Below are positions 9,704 through 19,689 of a stretch of 64,000 bases of DNA, piece after piece. Made by a program: the position numbers and the translations under genes. The first letter of the stretch is position 1, and each line of letters opens with the position of its first letter. Under the pieces are notes generated by a model. That model saw nothing but the letters and a program-made list of their open reading frames with translations, was not told where the DNA came from and did not search any database. This DNA comes from Candidatus Multivoradales bacterium. GTDB lineage: Bacteria; Acidobacteriota; Thermoanaerobaculia; Multivoradales; Multivoraceae. The stretch is taken from positions 1,440,001 to 1,504,000 of the forward strand of contig CBDCWI010000001.1 in NCBI GenBank assembly GCA_965223325.1, in the 5' to 3' direction.

Positions 9704-10818
9704 CGGGGGCGGCCAACGACCTCTTCCTGCACTTGACACCTGAGCGGGTTCTCGAGGCCGTCGAAGCCTCGGGGATTCGCTGCACCGGCCTCTGCTACCC
9801 GCTCAGCTCGTTCGAGAACCGCGTCTACGAGGTCGAGGTCGAAAGCGAGACGGGCAACCGCGAGCGCCTGGTCGCCAAGTTCTACCGTCCTGGTCGCTGG
9901 AGCCGTGAACAGATCCTCGCCGAGCACCGACTGCTCGACCAACTGGTCGATGCCGAGATTCCCGTATGCAACATGCGCCGCTTCGCTGATGGGCGCACGC
10001 TGCACGAGATCTTCGACCTCTGGTACTGCCTCGCAGATCGCCGCGGTGGACGCGCCCCCGACGAACTGCACTCGCCAGATCTGCGGCGACTGGGGCGCTT
10101 GATCGCTCGCATGCACAACGTCGCAAGCCTCGAGGCTGCGCCATCGCGGTTATCGATCGATGCCGACAACTTCATTCGCGAGCCCATCGGCTGGCTCGAC
10201 CGCAACCACGTGCTACCCCTGGCTGTGGCGCGTCGCTACCGTACGGTCGCCCTCGAGATCGCCGATCTCGTCGAGGCGGCGCTCGCCAACACCCGCCGCC
10301 AACGCATCCATGGCGATCTCCACCTGGGTAACGTGCTCTTGCGTGACGATGAACTGCGGCTCCTCGACTTCGACGACATGGCCATGGGTCCGGCGGTGCA
10401 AGACCTGTGGCTGGCGGTCCCGGGTCGCGACCCGCAGTCGGTCGCCCAACGCGACCTCCTCATCGAGGCCTACTCCGAGTTTCGCGACTTCGACCGCTCG
10501 ACCCTCGCTTTGGTCGAGCCCCTGCGCGCCCTGCGCATGGTGCGCTACAACGTCTGGCTGGCCCAACGCTGGCACGACCCGATCTTCCCGTTGACCTGGC
10601 CTCACTTCGGTACCGAAGAGTTCTGGCTACAAGAGGTCGAAGACCTCGAGGATCAACTGGGGTACCTCGAAGGCGCACGTCTCGAGACGGCACATTCCCA
10701 AGGCTGGTCGGACCTACGTGCCTCCGGTTCACAACCGTGGATCACAGCTTCGGCGGTGCCCGAAGGCCCGGCAGCGCTCACCAACAAGGACTACTTCTGG
10801 GATTGGGAAGGCGACTAG
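9700..10818 (+). CDS. srkA: Stress response kinase A (YihE/RdoA family, APH-like fold)
   Basis: SFENRVY, AKFYRPGRW, IHGDLHLGN, LDFDD, GPAVQDLW, RWHDP.FP..WP.FG motifs; GTGA overlap with the GNAT gene. Confidence 0.9.
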   Translation: MTGAANDLFLHLTPERVLEAVEASGIRCTGLCYPLSSFENRVYEVEVESETGNRERLVAKFYRPGRWSREQILAEHRLLDQLVDAEIPVCNMRRFADGRTLHEIFDLWYCLADRRGGRAPDELHSPDLRRLGRLIARMHNVASLEAAPSRLSIDADNFIREPIGWLDRNHVLPLAVARRYRTVALEIADLVEAALANTRRQRIHGDLHLGNVLLRDDELRLLDFDDMAMGPAVQDLWLAVPGRDPQSVAQRDLLIEAYSEFRDFDRSTLALVEPLRALRMVRYNVWLAQRWHDPIFPLTWPHFGTEEFWLQEVEDLEDQLGYLEGARLETAHSQGWSDLRASGSQPWITASAVPEGPAALTNKDYFWDWEGD

Positions 10819-10980
10819 TACCCCGTACCATTGAAACGGATAGTGGCTGAGCGGATGATCGTGCTCGAGATCAAGGCGTCACGACGCAGGCATATTGGTG
10901 ATCTGTCGAGGAGTGACAACACAGAGATCGAGCGCGAGGACCGCGCAGACGCTGTGCGTTTCAATGGTACGGGGTACTAG
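10815..10980. mobile_element. MITE-like palindromic element, copy 1 (166 bp including flanking CTAG)
   Basis: 24-bp perfect terminal inverted repeats CTAGTACCCCGTACCATTGAAACG...CGTTTCAATGGTACGGGGTACTAG; near-identical copy at 54183-54347; left CTAG contains the srkA stop codon. Confidence 0.85.
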
Positions 10981-10986
10981 AACGCT

Positions 10987-11364
10987 CTAGCGACCTTGCG
11001 TCGAGCGCCAGATCAGAATCAGGAGCACGAGCGTCATGCCCAGGCCGAAGGCCAGGCCGTTGGCCCACAGGCCAATGCGCGCCAAACCGCGCCGCCGGCC
11101 AAGAAGCGCAAACAGGAGCCCGAGGCCTGTCAGGACGGGGACCAGAGTCACCGCCAGCGGTGGAATCATGTCGTATCCACGCAGGCGCCAGGGCAACAAC
11201 CTCAGGATCTGCCCGGTCCCCAACGAGGCGATGAAAGTGAAGATCGAGAGCACACCCCAGGTCTCTCGCAGCGAAACCGTCTCGTAGGCTGCCTCTCTGG
11301 TTTCTTCGCTGTCAGTGGTGGGCGGACCCGGCCGACCAGAGGCTGTGAGTGGTGCTTCGACCAT
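10987..11364 (-). CDS. Small integral membrane protein (about 3 TM)
   Basis: Three hydrophobic stretches; follows the helicase on the same strand; start inferred. Confidence 0.6.
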   Translation of the reverse strand: MVEAPLTASGRPGPPTTDSEETREAAYETVSLRETWGVLSIFTFIASLGTGQILRLLPWRLRGYDMIPPLAVTLVPVLTGLGLLFALLGRRRGLARIGLWANGLAFGLGMTLVLLILIWRSTQGR

Positions 11365-11392
11365 GCCGAAGAGTCCCGGTGGCCTTTTGAGG

Positions 11393-12595
11393 TCAGCGGC
11401 GCAGAGAGCGGCGCTTGCGGTCCTGGAGCGACTGGCGTTCGACCCACTCTTCGACACCCTCGACCGAACAACGCGGCAGCGGCTTCTCGAGGGTGCGCTC
11501 GATCTGTTTGATGACCGTCTTGTCGAGCCAGGTCGCGACCGACGAGACGATACCTTTGTTGGCACCACGCGCTGTTCGTCCAGCTCGGTGTATGTAGTCC
11601 TCGACGTTGTCGGGAAGATCGAAGTTCATGATGTGCTCGATCTCTGGGATGTCGATTCCGCGCGCCGCAATGTCCGTTGCAACCAGGATGCGGTGATCGC
11701 CGCGACGGAAGCCCTCGAGGGCGTGCGTGCGCTTGCTCTGCGAGCGATTCGAGTGAATGCGTTCGACCGCGAAGCCTTCGCTCTCGAGCACCCGGCAAAG
11801 CCACTCGGCGTCACTCTTGCGGCGTGTAAACACCAGGGTGCTGCCTTCATGGTGCCGCAAGAGCTCCATCGCGCAGGCCTTCTTGTCTTTCTCGCGCACC
11901 AGATACAGGCGATGATCGATCCCTTCGGCAGCGCGCCCAGAGGGCCGCAGGTCGACCAACACCGGATCGTCGAGGTAGCGCTGCGCCAAGCGCTCGATGG
12001 GCGGCGGCATGGTGGCCGAGAACAACATCGTGTGGCGGTTCTTGGGCAGCTGGTTGAGGATCTTCTGGATCTGCGGCAGGAAGCCGAGGTCGAGCATGTG
12101 GTCGGCTTCGTCCATGACCAGCTCACGAACGCGCGACAGTGAAACGTTGCCGCGGCTCGCATGATCGAGCAGCCGCCCCGGGGTCGCGACCACGATGTCG
12201 GGACGGTTACGCAGCGCGCGGATCTGCGGTTGAAAACTCACCCCGCCGATGATGCACGCGGTGCTGAGGTGATGAGCCTGTCCGAAGACGTCCAGAAAGG
12301 CCTTGGTTTGCAACGCAATCTCGCGGGTTGGACAGAGGATCAGGCCACGGAAGCCCTGCCCTTCGGTGAGCCGCTGCGCCACCGGTAGGCAAAACGCTGC
12401 CGTCTTGCCGGAGCCGGTCTGGGCAAGGCCGATCAGGTCGCGCCCCTCCACTGCAACTGGAATGACGCGCCCCTGAATCGGGGTCGGGTACTCGAAACCA
12501 GCTTCACGAACTCCAGCGAGAACATCGTCGTCGAGCCCGAGGTCTTCGAAGCGAAGGCCTGCTTCGGCGTAGTTCTGTTTGATGTCAGAGCTCAA
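11393..12595 (-). CDS. DEAD-box RNA helicase (RhlE-like)
   Basis: Q motif PTPIQ, AQTGSGKT, PTREIA, ATPGRL, DEAD, SAT, ARGID, HRAGRTAR; start uncertain. Confidence 0.95.
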   Translation of the reverse strand: MSSDIKQNYAEAGLRFEDLGLDDDVLAGVREAGFEYPTPIQGRVIPVAVEGRDLIGLAQTGSGKTAAFCLPVAQRLTEGQGFRGLILCPTREIALQTKAFLDVFGQAHHLSTACIIGGVSFQPQIRALRNRPDIVVATPGRLLDHASRGNVSLSRVRELVMDEADHMLDLGFLPQIQKILNQLPKNRHTMLFSATMPPPIERLAQRYLDDPVLVDLRPSGRAAEGIDHRLYLVREKDKKACAMELLRHHEGSTLVFTRRKSDAEWLCRVLESEGFAVERIHSNRSQSKRTHALEGFRRGDHRILVATDIAARGIDIPEIEHIMNFDLPDNVEDYIHRAGRTARGANKGIVSSVATWLDKTVIKQIERTLEKPLPRCSVEGVEEWVERQSLQDRKRRSLRR

Positions 12596-12701
12596 GGATG
12601 AGGGCGCTCGTTTCTGGCTGGAGTCAATGTTTCTGGCGGGATGCACCCCGCGACCAGCGTCGATCTTTCTCGACCGGGAGCCCCGCCGTCAAGCGCGCGT
12701 C

Positions 12702-15700
12702 CTAGCGCCACCAACGCTTGCGCTCGATCTCGAGCGGCTCAGCCTTGCTTGCCAATGTGCCGCGGTTGCCCGAGAAGTCGAAGGCCTCGCCCCAGATCTC
12801 GAAGTCACGATCACCGTGGAAACTCGGCGGCACCCTGACCACGTACTGCCCTTCGGCCGATTGTTCGATCTCGAGCGCCTGCCACTCGACGTGGATCTGG
12901 CTGCGACCAAAAACCGCCACCGAGGTCACCAGATAGTCGTCCTTGGTGTCGAGGACCAGCTCGAGTGTGCTTCCACGCGCAAAACGCCCCTTGGCCCCGG
13001 TCACCAGCTCGATGGTCGGCCGGCGCTCGTCGCGACGCGCAACCTCGCTTTCGAGCCTGGTCTTCAGCTGTGCGAACTGACTTGCCATGTGCGCAGGTGG
13101 CGTGACACCACTCAGCATGTTGATGCCCTGATGGGGTTCCTTCTCGAGCGTTCGGCGGGCCGAGGCAAGCAGTTGCTGCCACCGTTGGCTCGAGTTCTTG
13201 CCACGCTGGATCGTGGCCTGGCGGGCGCTGGCACCTGCACGATCTGGCCAACTGGCGAGCAGTGAGCTGAGTCTGCGCTCGGCCTCGTCGAAACGACTCG
13301 AACGATTGAGGTCGTCGATCTCGCGTTCGAGACCCTTGGCGGCACGCTCACGCAGGCCGAGTTTGCGCTCGAAGACGGCCAGGCTACCGCGCAGCTCGCT
13401 GGCGCCTACCAAGGCCTCGGCATGCTTCGAGGTACGGATCAGTTCGAGGACTTTGCCGACCCGCAGAACGGCACGACCACCAGCTTCGAGGGCCTCGGTG
13501 CCACCCGGCCGTGCGGCCAGACGGGCCCTCTCTTCAGGTCCGAGGCTTTCGAGGGTCGTCCGCACCACCGCCAGATCACCGGTGGAGAGAGCACCCTCGA
13601 GGTTGGCCAGGGCATCGGTGGCGAGGGCTCGCATGACGGCTTCGCGGATCGGGTTCAGAACTTCACACACACGAGGGTCGATTTCTCCAGCGTCGGCTTC
13701 CGCCTCGAGGTCAACCAGCAACTCGCGCGCTTCTGGAAGTTGGCCCTCGGCAAACAGTGCGAGCGCCTCTTCGAGGGCCGGCGGCCAGCGAACTGGATCT
13801 TCGACCGCGAGGAACTCGTCGGCGGACACGTCTTGCTCTTGTTCTGGAGCGGCAACCCTCGGTCCATCAGCCACCACCGCGGGGACCTCGCCGGCAGAAT
13901 CGCCGCCACGACTGAGCAGCCAGAAAACCACAAGACCAAGGACCATGAACACACCGACCGCAGCGGCCAGACCCCAGAGCGGTAGCGAGCGCTTCGCGTC
14001 TCCGCTCGCCGGTGCCCGCCCAGCGGCCTCTCGGGCAGCAGCCGGCGGCGGTACCTGCTTCTCGGAGGGAGTCTTCTTCTCGGCTTCGGCCCGAGTGATG
14101 GTTTCTTTGCTGCCGGCCCGGGGAGCCTCTTTTGGAGGCGGCGTTGGTTCAGAGCGCAATGCGGCTGCGGTCTCGGCTGACTGCAGCGGAGTGATCGTCT
14201 CGGTCGTCTCGTCGGGAACGACCCTCGGCAGAGCGGGTGGAGTCGGGGGATCGGGTACCGCCATCGGATAGCGACCAGACGGAGTACGTGAGGCACCCTT
14301 GTCCTCCACCGTTTTCTCTGTTGGCGGCAGAACCGACGGTTCGTCGTCCGGTTTCGGCAGTCCCGTTGTGCCCGGAATCTCGGTGACGACTGTCTGCTCT
14401 GAGATGGGCAGGGTGTCTCGCCGCTTCGCCGACGAATCCGGGTCACGCTGGCCAAGGGTGGGGAAAGGCAGCCTGGGGGCGGAGGCGGGTTCCCCTGCCT
14501 TCCCGAGCAAGGTACGAGGCTCGAACGGCACCGTCTTGTCAGTCGAGGTGTTCTCGCCCTCTCTAGGCTCCTTGCTTGAAGCTGAGGCCATGGCGGTATC
14601 GATGCGAACCGTCTTGTCTTCGATCTCCTCGACCTCGTCTTCGATCGCCGTTGCTTCCGGAGCGTCTGCCTCGCTGGCCGTCGCATCGCCAGGCAGCGGC
14701 GCAAGGTTCTCCATCGCAACGACGGTCGCCTCTTCGGGAGGGGTCGCAGCCGATCGGTCGGGAAGCTGCACGGTGCCGGTCACCTGAGTCGCGAAGGGGT
14801 TACCGTCCTCGCGGGTCAGACGCGGCGGTTCCGACTCGCCAACCGGAGGCAACGGCGTGAACAAGGTCGCATCGAGATCGTCGGGAGCTCCTTCGACCTT
14901 GACGGTCGACATCAGGTCGTCGCCGGGATCTGCTGGCGGCAGCCGGCGGGCGTCGGGCCGACCGCGTTGCAAGGCCCGCATGACCTCGGCGATCGAAGCA
15001 GGCCGTTGATCGGGGTCGGCGCGCAAGCATGACTCGAGGACTGCCAGGGTCTGCCGATCGACTCCCGGGACTCCATGGACTCGCGGCTCGTTGGTTCCCG
15101 CCCCTTCGACGACAGCACCAACGACATCGCAGGCAACCTGTGCCAGCGAATAGAGATCGCAGCGCCACCAGGCACCGCCAATCGCCGGCGCCCGGCTGCC
15201 GCCGAGCGTCAAGAGCTCAGGCGCCATGTAGCGCTCACGCTCCTCGGCACCGCGGCGGTGCTGCTCCCACCACTCCATTGGCAACAACGAGCCCCCGATG
15301 CCCACCAGACGCGCGCCACCGTCCGGAAGTACGAGGACATTGCTGGGGGTGAGGTTCCAGTGGACCAGGCTGTGCAGGGCCAGGCACTCGACGCCTTCGA
15401 GGGCCGACACGAGGAGCGGAAAGGCCTCGTGCGGATCCATCGGCAGGCGCTTGGAAACCGGAACGCCCTCCGACCAGTCAAAGATCAAGAAGGCGTCGCC
15501 CTCTGGCGTCAGTCCGGCTTGACGAAGATGAGGAAGCGCATGATGCTGCAAACGACCGAGAATCGCCGCCCGATCGAGAAAGACGCGGCGCAAGATCCCC
15601 TGCGCGTCCGAAACCGCGATCCCCATGACCTTCGCGACCACCGGGGTGCTGGTCTCGGGATCGCGGCCACGGAACGTCCTGACCCCTTCGGTCCAGTGAA

Positions 15701-15776
15701 GGACCTCCTGAAGGCCATAGATTTCTTCGGGATCTAGAACGGGGTGGGTCAAGGCGCAACTACTCCAGCCGCTCAT
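12702..15776 (-). CDS. Hanks-type Ser/Thr kinase-like protein (probable pseudokinase), Pro-rich linker, single TM, extracytoplasmic C-terminal domain
   Basis: VVAK, HWNLTPSNVL, YMAPE, DLYSL, CL..DP.QRP subdomains; TM LWGLAAAVGVFMVLGLVVFWLL. Confidence 0.8.
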   Translation of the reverse strand: MSGWSSCALTHPVLDPEEIYGLQEVLHWTEGVRTFRGRDPETSTPVVAKVMGIAVSDAQGILRRVFLDRAAILGRLQHHALPHLRQAGLTPEGDAFLIFDWSEGVPVSKRLPMDPHEAFPLLVSALEGVECLALHSLVHWNLTPSNVLVLPDGGARLVGIGGSLLPMEWWEQHRRGAEERERYMAPELLTLGGSRAPAIGGAWWRCDLYSLAQVACDVVGAVVEGAGTNEPRVHGVPGVDRQTLAVLESCLRADPDQRPASIAEVMRALQRGRPDARRLPPADPGDDLMSTVKVEGAPDDLDATLFTPLPPVGESEPPRLTREDGNPFATQVTGTVQLPDRSAATPPEEATVVAMENLAPLPGDATASEADAPEATAIEDEVEEIEDKTVRIDTAMASASSKEPREGENTSTDKTVPFEPRTLLGKAGEPASAPRLPFPTLGQRDPDSSAKRRDTLPISEQTVVTEIPGTTGLPKPDDEPSVLPPTEKTVEDKGASRTPSGRYPMAVPDPPTPPALPRVVPDETTETITPLQSAETAAALRSEPTPPPKEAPRAGSKETITRAEAEKKTPSEKQVPPPAAAREAAGRAPASGDAKRSLPLWGLAAAVGVFMVLGLVVFWLLSRGGDSAGEVPAVVADGPRVAAPEQEQDVSADEFLAVEDPVRWPPALEEALALFAEGQLPEARELLVDLEAEADAGEIDPRVCEVLNPIREAVMRALATDALANLEGALSTGDLAVVRTTLESLGPEERARLAARPGGTEALEAGGRAVLRVGKVLELIRTSKHAEALVGASELRGSLAVFERKLGLRERAAKGLEREIDDLNRSSRFDEAERRLSSLLASWPDRAGASARQATIQRGKNSSQRWQQLLASARRTLEKEPHQGINMLSGVTPPAHMASQFAQLKTRLESEVARRDERRPTIELVTGAKGRFARGSTLELVLDTKDDYLVTSVAVFGRSQIHVEWQALEIEQSAEGQYVVRVPPSFHGDRDFEIWGEAFDFSGNRGTLASKAEPLEIERKRWWR

Positions 15777-15919
15777 CTTATCGTTCCCTAGCTGGCTTTG
15801 GAAACCTAGTTTTTGATGTTTTACGAATTCCCACAGTTCCGCTGAACCGGTACGCTCGGCGCCGCCAATCGCGGCCCGTTCCCAGAGACCAGACCCGCGA
15901 CTCCCAGGAGCCCTGACTC

Positions 15920-17626
15920 GTGCAAACGACCCTTCTGCCCCTCCCCGATCTGCTCTTCTTCGAGCCTCGCCTGACTGTCGACCGGGCGGCGCTCGAAGAG
16001 GTCCTCGGCATGGCCGCCCTCGGACGTAACCTGGGAACGGAGCTCTTCGACCAGGTCTCGGCAGCCGAGATGCCTGCCGAGACCTGGTCGCCAGAGTTCT
16101 TCGCCGGCGATCTCTTTCTCGAACAGCTGGTTCGCGACGTCTTGACGCTCGAGATCAGCGGGCGCAGTTTCCCGGCCAACCGCGGCTTCCTCGCCAAGGC
16201 GCTCGGCCACGCGCCGATCGACCGCCAGAGCATTGAAATGCGCCAGGGCATCCTGCGCGAGCTCGACGACGACCCCGAATGCGCCAAGCAGCTAGAACTG
16301 CTCTACATCGCGATCTTCGACCTGGTCTCGCTACACCGCACCCCGAGCTACCAGACATCGGTAGATGTCGCAGCCTTCCACCTCGACATCCTGCGTCAGA
16401 TGCGCCACGTCATCGACTCGATGGAAGGCGCTTGGCGAGGTGCCCACTCAGCTCTCAGACGGCTACACGAAACAGCCGTGGCGATCCAGAAGACCGAGGA
16501 GTATCAAACCCTGACTGCCCTGCTCGAGTACGAGAACGGCCTTGCGCGCCTCGATCTCGAAGTCTCGGTGGGCGGCGACGGCCGGATCCGCAACTTCGGG
16601 GTCCGAGCTCTCGAAGAGAACCGGGCCAACCGCTTTTATCGCCGTCCGCTCGGCCGCCTTCTCGACCGCGTGCGTCTCTTGATGCGCGGCTATCCGATGA
16701 GCAACCGGGAGCTGATGAACCGGCTGGTCAATGACGTCTACCGGCGGCTCGCCCCGCATTTCGTTCCGCTCGTTCAGCTCAGCGGCCACCTCGAGTTCTA
16801 CCTCACTGCACGCGCTTTTCGAGATCGCGCCTTTTCGCGCGGCCTGGCGATGACGCTACCGACGCTGCTCGACGAACAGGACGAAACGACAGCGCTCGAG
16901 TTCGAGGGACTCTTCAACCCTCTTCTGCTCGCGGGCGGCGGTCAGCCGGTCGCCTGCCAGCTGGCGTTTGATCATCGTTATCCGATCACCATCATCACCG
17001 GCCCCAACTCCGGCGGCAAGACGCGCCTGCTGCAGGCGATTGGTCTCGCCCAACTGCTCGGCCAGTCGGGAGTGTACGCACCGCTGGCAAACGGCAGCAT
17101 TCGAATTCTCGATGGCCTTTTCGTCTCCCTGGTCGAGGACGAGTCTGCCGACCAGATCGAGGGGCGTTTGGGTCGCGAACTGGTGCGCGTGCGCTCGCTG
17201 TTCGAAGAGATGTCACCGAACTCAATGGTGATTCTCGACGAGCTCTGTTCGGGGACGAACCCATCGGAGGGCATCGAGGTTTTCGAAATGGTGCTGCGTC
17301 TGCTGCGAGAGATCGAACCCACGGCCTTTGTCACCACCCATTTCCTCGACTTCGCCCGCCAACTTCAGGAAGGCCACACCTTCGACGCCCTCGAGTTTCG
17401 CCAGGTGGAGATCGACGAACACCAACGCTCGACGTACCAGTTCGTCGATGGGGTCGCCGAAACGTCGCTGGCTTCGGTGACCGCCCAACGACTCGGTGTC
17501 ACCTTCGACCGCCTGTCGGACATCATCCACACGCGTCGACGAGCGCAGCGGTTGGCGACGGCACCGATGACGCGCCAGAAGCAGCAGGTCGTCGCGCCCA
17601 CGAAGGGCTCTCGCAAAGACGCTTGA
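15920..17626 (+). CDS. MutS-related ATPase (domain V type, lacking the mismatch-recognition N-terminus)
   Basis: GPNSGGKT Walker A, GRLGREL signature, ILDELCSGT Walker B, FVTTHF; only 568 aa. Confidence 0.85.
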   Translation: MQTTLLPLPDLLFFEPRLTVDRAALEEVLGMAALGRNLGTELFDQVSAAEMPAETWSPEFFAGDLFLEQLVRDVLTLEISGRSFPANRGFLAKALGHAPIDRQSIEMRQGILRELDDDPECAKQLELLYIAIFDLVSLHRTPSYQTSVDVAAFHLDILRQMRHVIDSMEGAWRGAHSALRRLHETAVAIQKTEEYQTLTALLEYENGLARLDLEVSVGGDGRIRNFGVRALEENRANRFYRRPLGRLLDRVRLLMRGYPMSNRELMNRLVNDVYRRLAPHFVPLVQLSGHLEFYLTARAFRDRAFSRGLAMTLPTLLDEQDETTALEFEGLFNPLLLAGGGQPVACQLAFDHRYPITIITGPNSGGKTRLLQAIGLAQLLGQSGVYAPLANGSIRILDGLFVSLVEDESADQIEGRLGRELVRVRSLFEEMSPNSMVILDELCSGTNPSEGIEVFEMVLRLLREIEPTAFVTTHFLDFARQLQEGHTFDALEFRQVEIDEHQRSTYQFVDGVAETSLASVTAQRLGVTFDRLSDIIHTRRRAQRLATAPMTRQKQQVVAPTKGSRKDA

Positions 17627-17793
17627 GAAGCGGCTGACGCGAGCTCTAAGCAGATCTTGCCCTCGCCGTCGGCGGGCTCCCCTGACGGCGCCGGCTCGGC
17701 TATTCTGCCGCTGTTCAGAACTGCTAACTCCCGTTCGTCCAATACCTTAGACGTATGAACCCGACCGCGCCCACCGGGCGAAAGGCTCTCTTC

Positions 17794-19650
17794 ATGAAAC
17801 TGTCCCCGCGTGCCTCGATCCTGCCGCTCTTCCTGCTTCTCGTATGCCTCTCGGCTCCGCCGAGCATCGCGCAAGGCCCGGTGACCGATACCACCTGCTG
17901 GGCGGGCTCCGACACTTCGGACACCTTGATCGCCGTCGAACCCGACGGCACCGGCCAAACGGCGCTAGGCATGTTCCTGGAAGGAGCAACGGTACGCAAC
18001 GAAGTCGAAACGATGACCTGGCATGGCGGGGAAGGACAGGTCTACGTCTACCACGCCAATCGCCTCGGCACCGTCGACACGGGCACGGGCAGTTTTACCA
18101 CGGTCGGTGTCACCGTCTCCTGCACGCTGCCTGGCGGTCAGATTCTGGACCTCGACGACGTCGACAGCCTCGGCTGGGACCCGGTCACCGGTGACTTGTG
18201 GGGAGTCGAACGCAACGCGACCGGCGCCGGTCTCGTGGCTGGCGGTGAGGTGCTCTTCCGGCTGACGGGTGCCGTCCCACAACCAGTCTTCGCCGGTGGC
18301 GCGACCTGCGTCGAGGTCGACCTCTCGGGCGTCGGCCAACTCGATGTCGACGACATCGAGTTCGGCCCCAGCGGCACGCTGTACGCAGTCGTCTCCACGT
18401 CGGGTGGTGCCACGGACAACCTGGTCACCATCGATACGGCAACCGGAGCGGTCACCGACATCGGTATCACCGAGCTTTCGGACGGAACCGACGTCAACGA
18501 CTTCGAAGGGCTGACCGTGACCGGAAGCGGCGGCCTGCTGGCGTCGACCGGGCAGGACGGCACGGTCATCAACCGCCTCTACAGCATCGACGAGGCCACT
18601 GGCGTGGTCGCAGAGATCGCACCGCTCCTCAACACCGATGGAATGAATGCGCTGTCCGACTACGAGGGGCTGGCCTGTGCCAGTACCGAGATCGACGTGC
18701 AGAAGACGGTCTATGCCGGTCACGACACCGGCGCCAGCTGCCCCGGCGGTGAAAACGCCGCAACCGCACTCGGCGCCGACGTCACCTACTGCTTCGTGGT
18801 GACCAACAACGGGCGCGTGCCGCTCGACAACGTCACGGTGACCGATGCCGCTCTGGGGGCGAACCTCTCGGTCGCGGCGGCTGACCTGCCGATGCTTCCA
18901 GGCGAGAGTGTCACCCTCTTCTTCGAGACCACCAACGGCGGCGACCTGGTCAATACCGCTCAGGCAACTGGCGAGCCGAGCACTTCGACCGGCACCGCAA
19001 TCGCGGTGCTCAGTGACCCCAGCGACAGCGATACGGCTTCGGTTTCGGTCGCCGGCGCGCCGCCCGACCCCGTCATCGGGCTCGCCAAGCGGGTGACCTC
19101 GCTGGTCGACAACGGCGGTGGCAACTTCTCGGTCTTCTTCACTCTCGTGGTCGAGAACCTCGGCAACGAAGACCTGATCGACGTTCGCGTCACCGACAAC
19201 CTGAGCACCCCGCCGAACAACTTCCCCGCCGGCACCACCGGCCAGGTGGTGGCAACCACCGGCGGCCTGACCGCCAATCCAGGCTACAACGGCCAGGCCG
19301 ACGATGAACTGCTGGCCGGCACCGACACGCTGGCGGTCGGCGCCAGCGGCACCATCGACCTGGTGGTGGACTTCGTCGACGACGGCACCGGTCCCTACTT
19401 CAACCAGGCGATCGCCGATGGTGAAGGCGATATCAGCGGGCTGCCGACGAGTGACCCCTCAGACGACGGCATCAACCCAGACACCGATGGCGACGGCATA
19501 CCCGACGAACCCGGCGAAGACGACCCGACGGTTGTCGATCCACCGGGAGACGACCCCTACGCGGTGCCGACCCTCGGTACGCTCGGTCTCCTGGTTCTTC
19601 TCGGCCTGCTGCTGGTGCTGGCGACCGGTCGCATCGGCCGGCTGGGCTGA
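17794..19650 (+). CDS. Surface protein: beta-propeller-like repeats + DUF11-like Ig domains + IPTL-CTERM sorting signal
   Basis: Signal peptide; L.TIDTATGAVT repeats; VTYCFVVTNNG.V.L.NVTVTD and FTLVVENLG..DL.DVRVTD; acidic DTDGDGIPD; C-terminal VPTLGTLGLLVLLGLLLVLA-GRIGRLG. Confidence 0.85.
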   Translation: MKLSPRASILPLFLLLVCLSAPPSIAQGPVTDTTCWAGSDTSDTLIAVEPDGTGQTALGMFLEGATVRNEVETMTWHGGEGQVYVYHANRLGTVDTGTGSFTTVGVTVSCTLPGGQILDLDDVDSLGWDPVTGDLWGVERNATGAGLVAGGEVLFRLTGAVPQPVFAGGATCVEVDLSGVGQLDVDDIEFGPSGTLYAVVSTSGGATDNLVTIDTATGAVTDIGITELSDGTDVNDFEGLTVTGSGGLLASTGQDGTVINRLYSIDEATGVVAEIAPLLNTDGMNALSDYEGLACASTEIDVQKTVYAGHDTGASCPGGENAATALGADVTYCFVVTNNGRVPLDNVTVTDAALGANLSVAAADLPMLPGESVTLFFETTNGGDLVNTAQATGEPSTSTGTAIAVLSDPSDSDTASVSVAGAPPDPVIGLAKRVTSLVDNGGGNFSVFFTLVVENLGNEDLIDVRVTDNLSTPPNNFPAGTTGQVVATTGGLTANPGYNGQADDELLAGTDTLAVGASGTIDLVVDFVDDGTGPYFNQAIADGEGDISGLPTSDPSDDGINPDTDGDGIPDEPGEDDPTVVDPPGDDPYAVPTLGTLGLLVLLGLLLVLATGRIGRLG

Positions 19651-19689
19651 CGTTCGATGAACTCACGCTTCGTGTAGCCTGACTCACCT

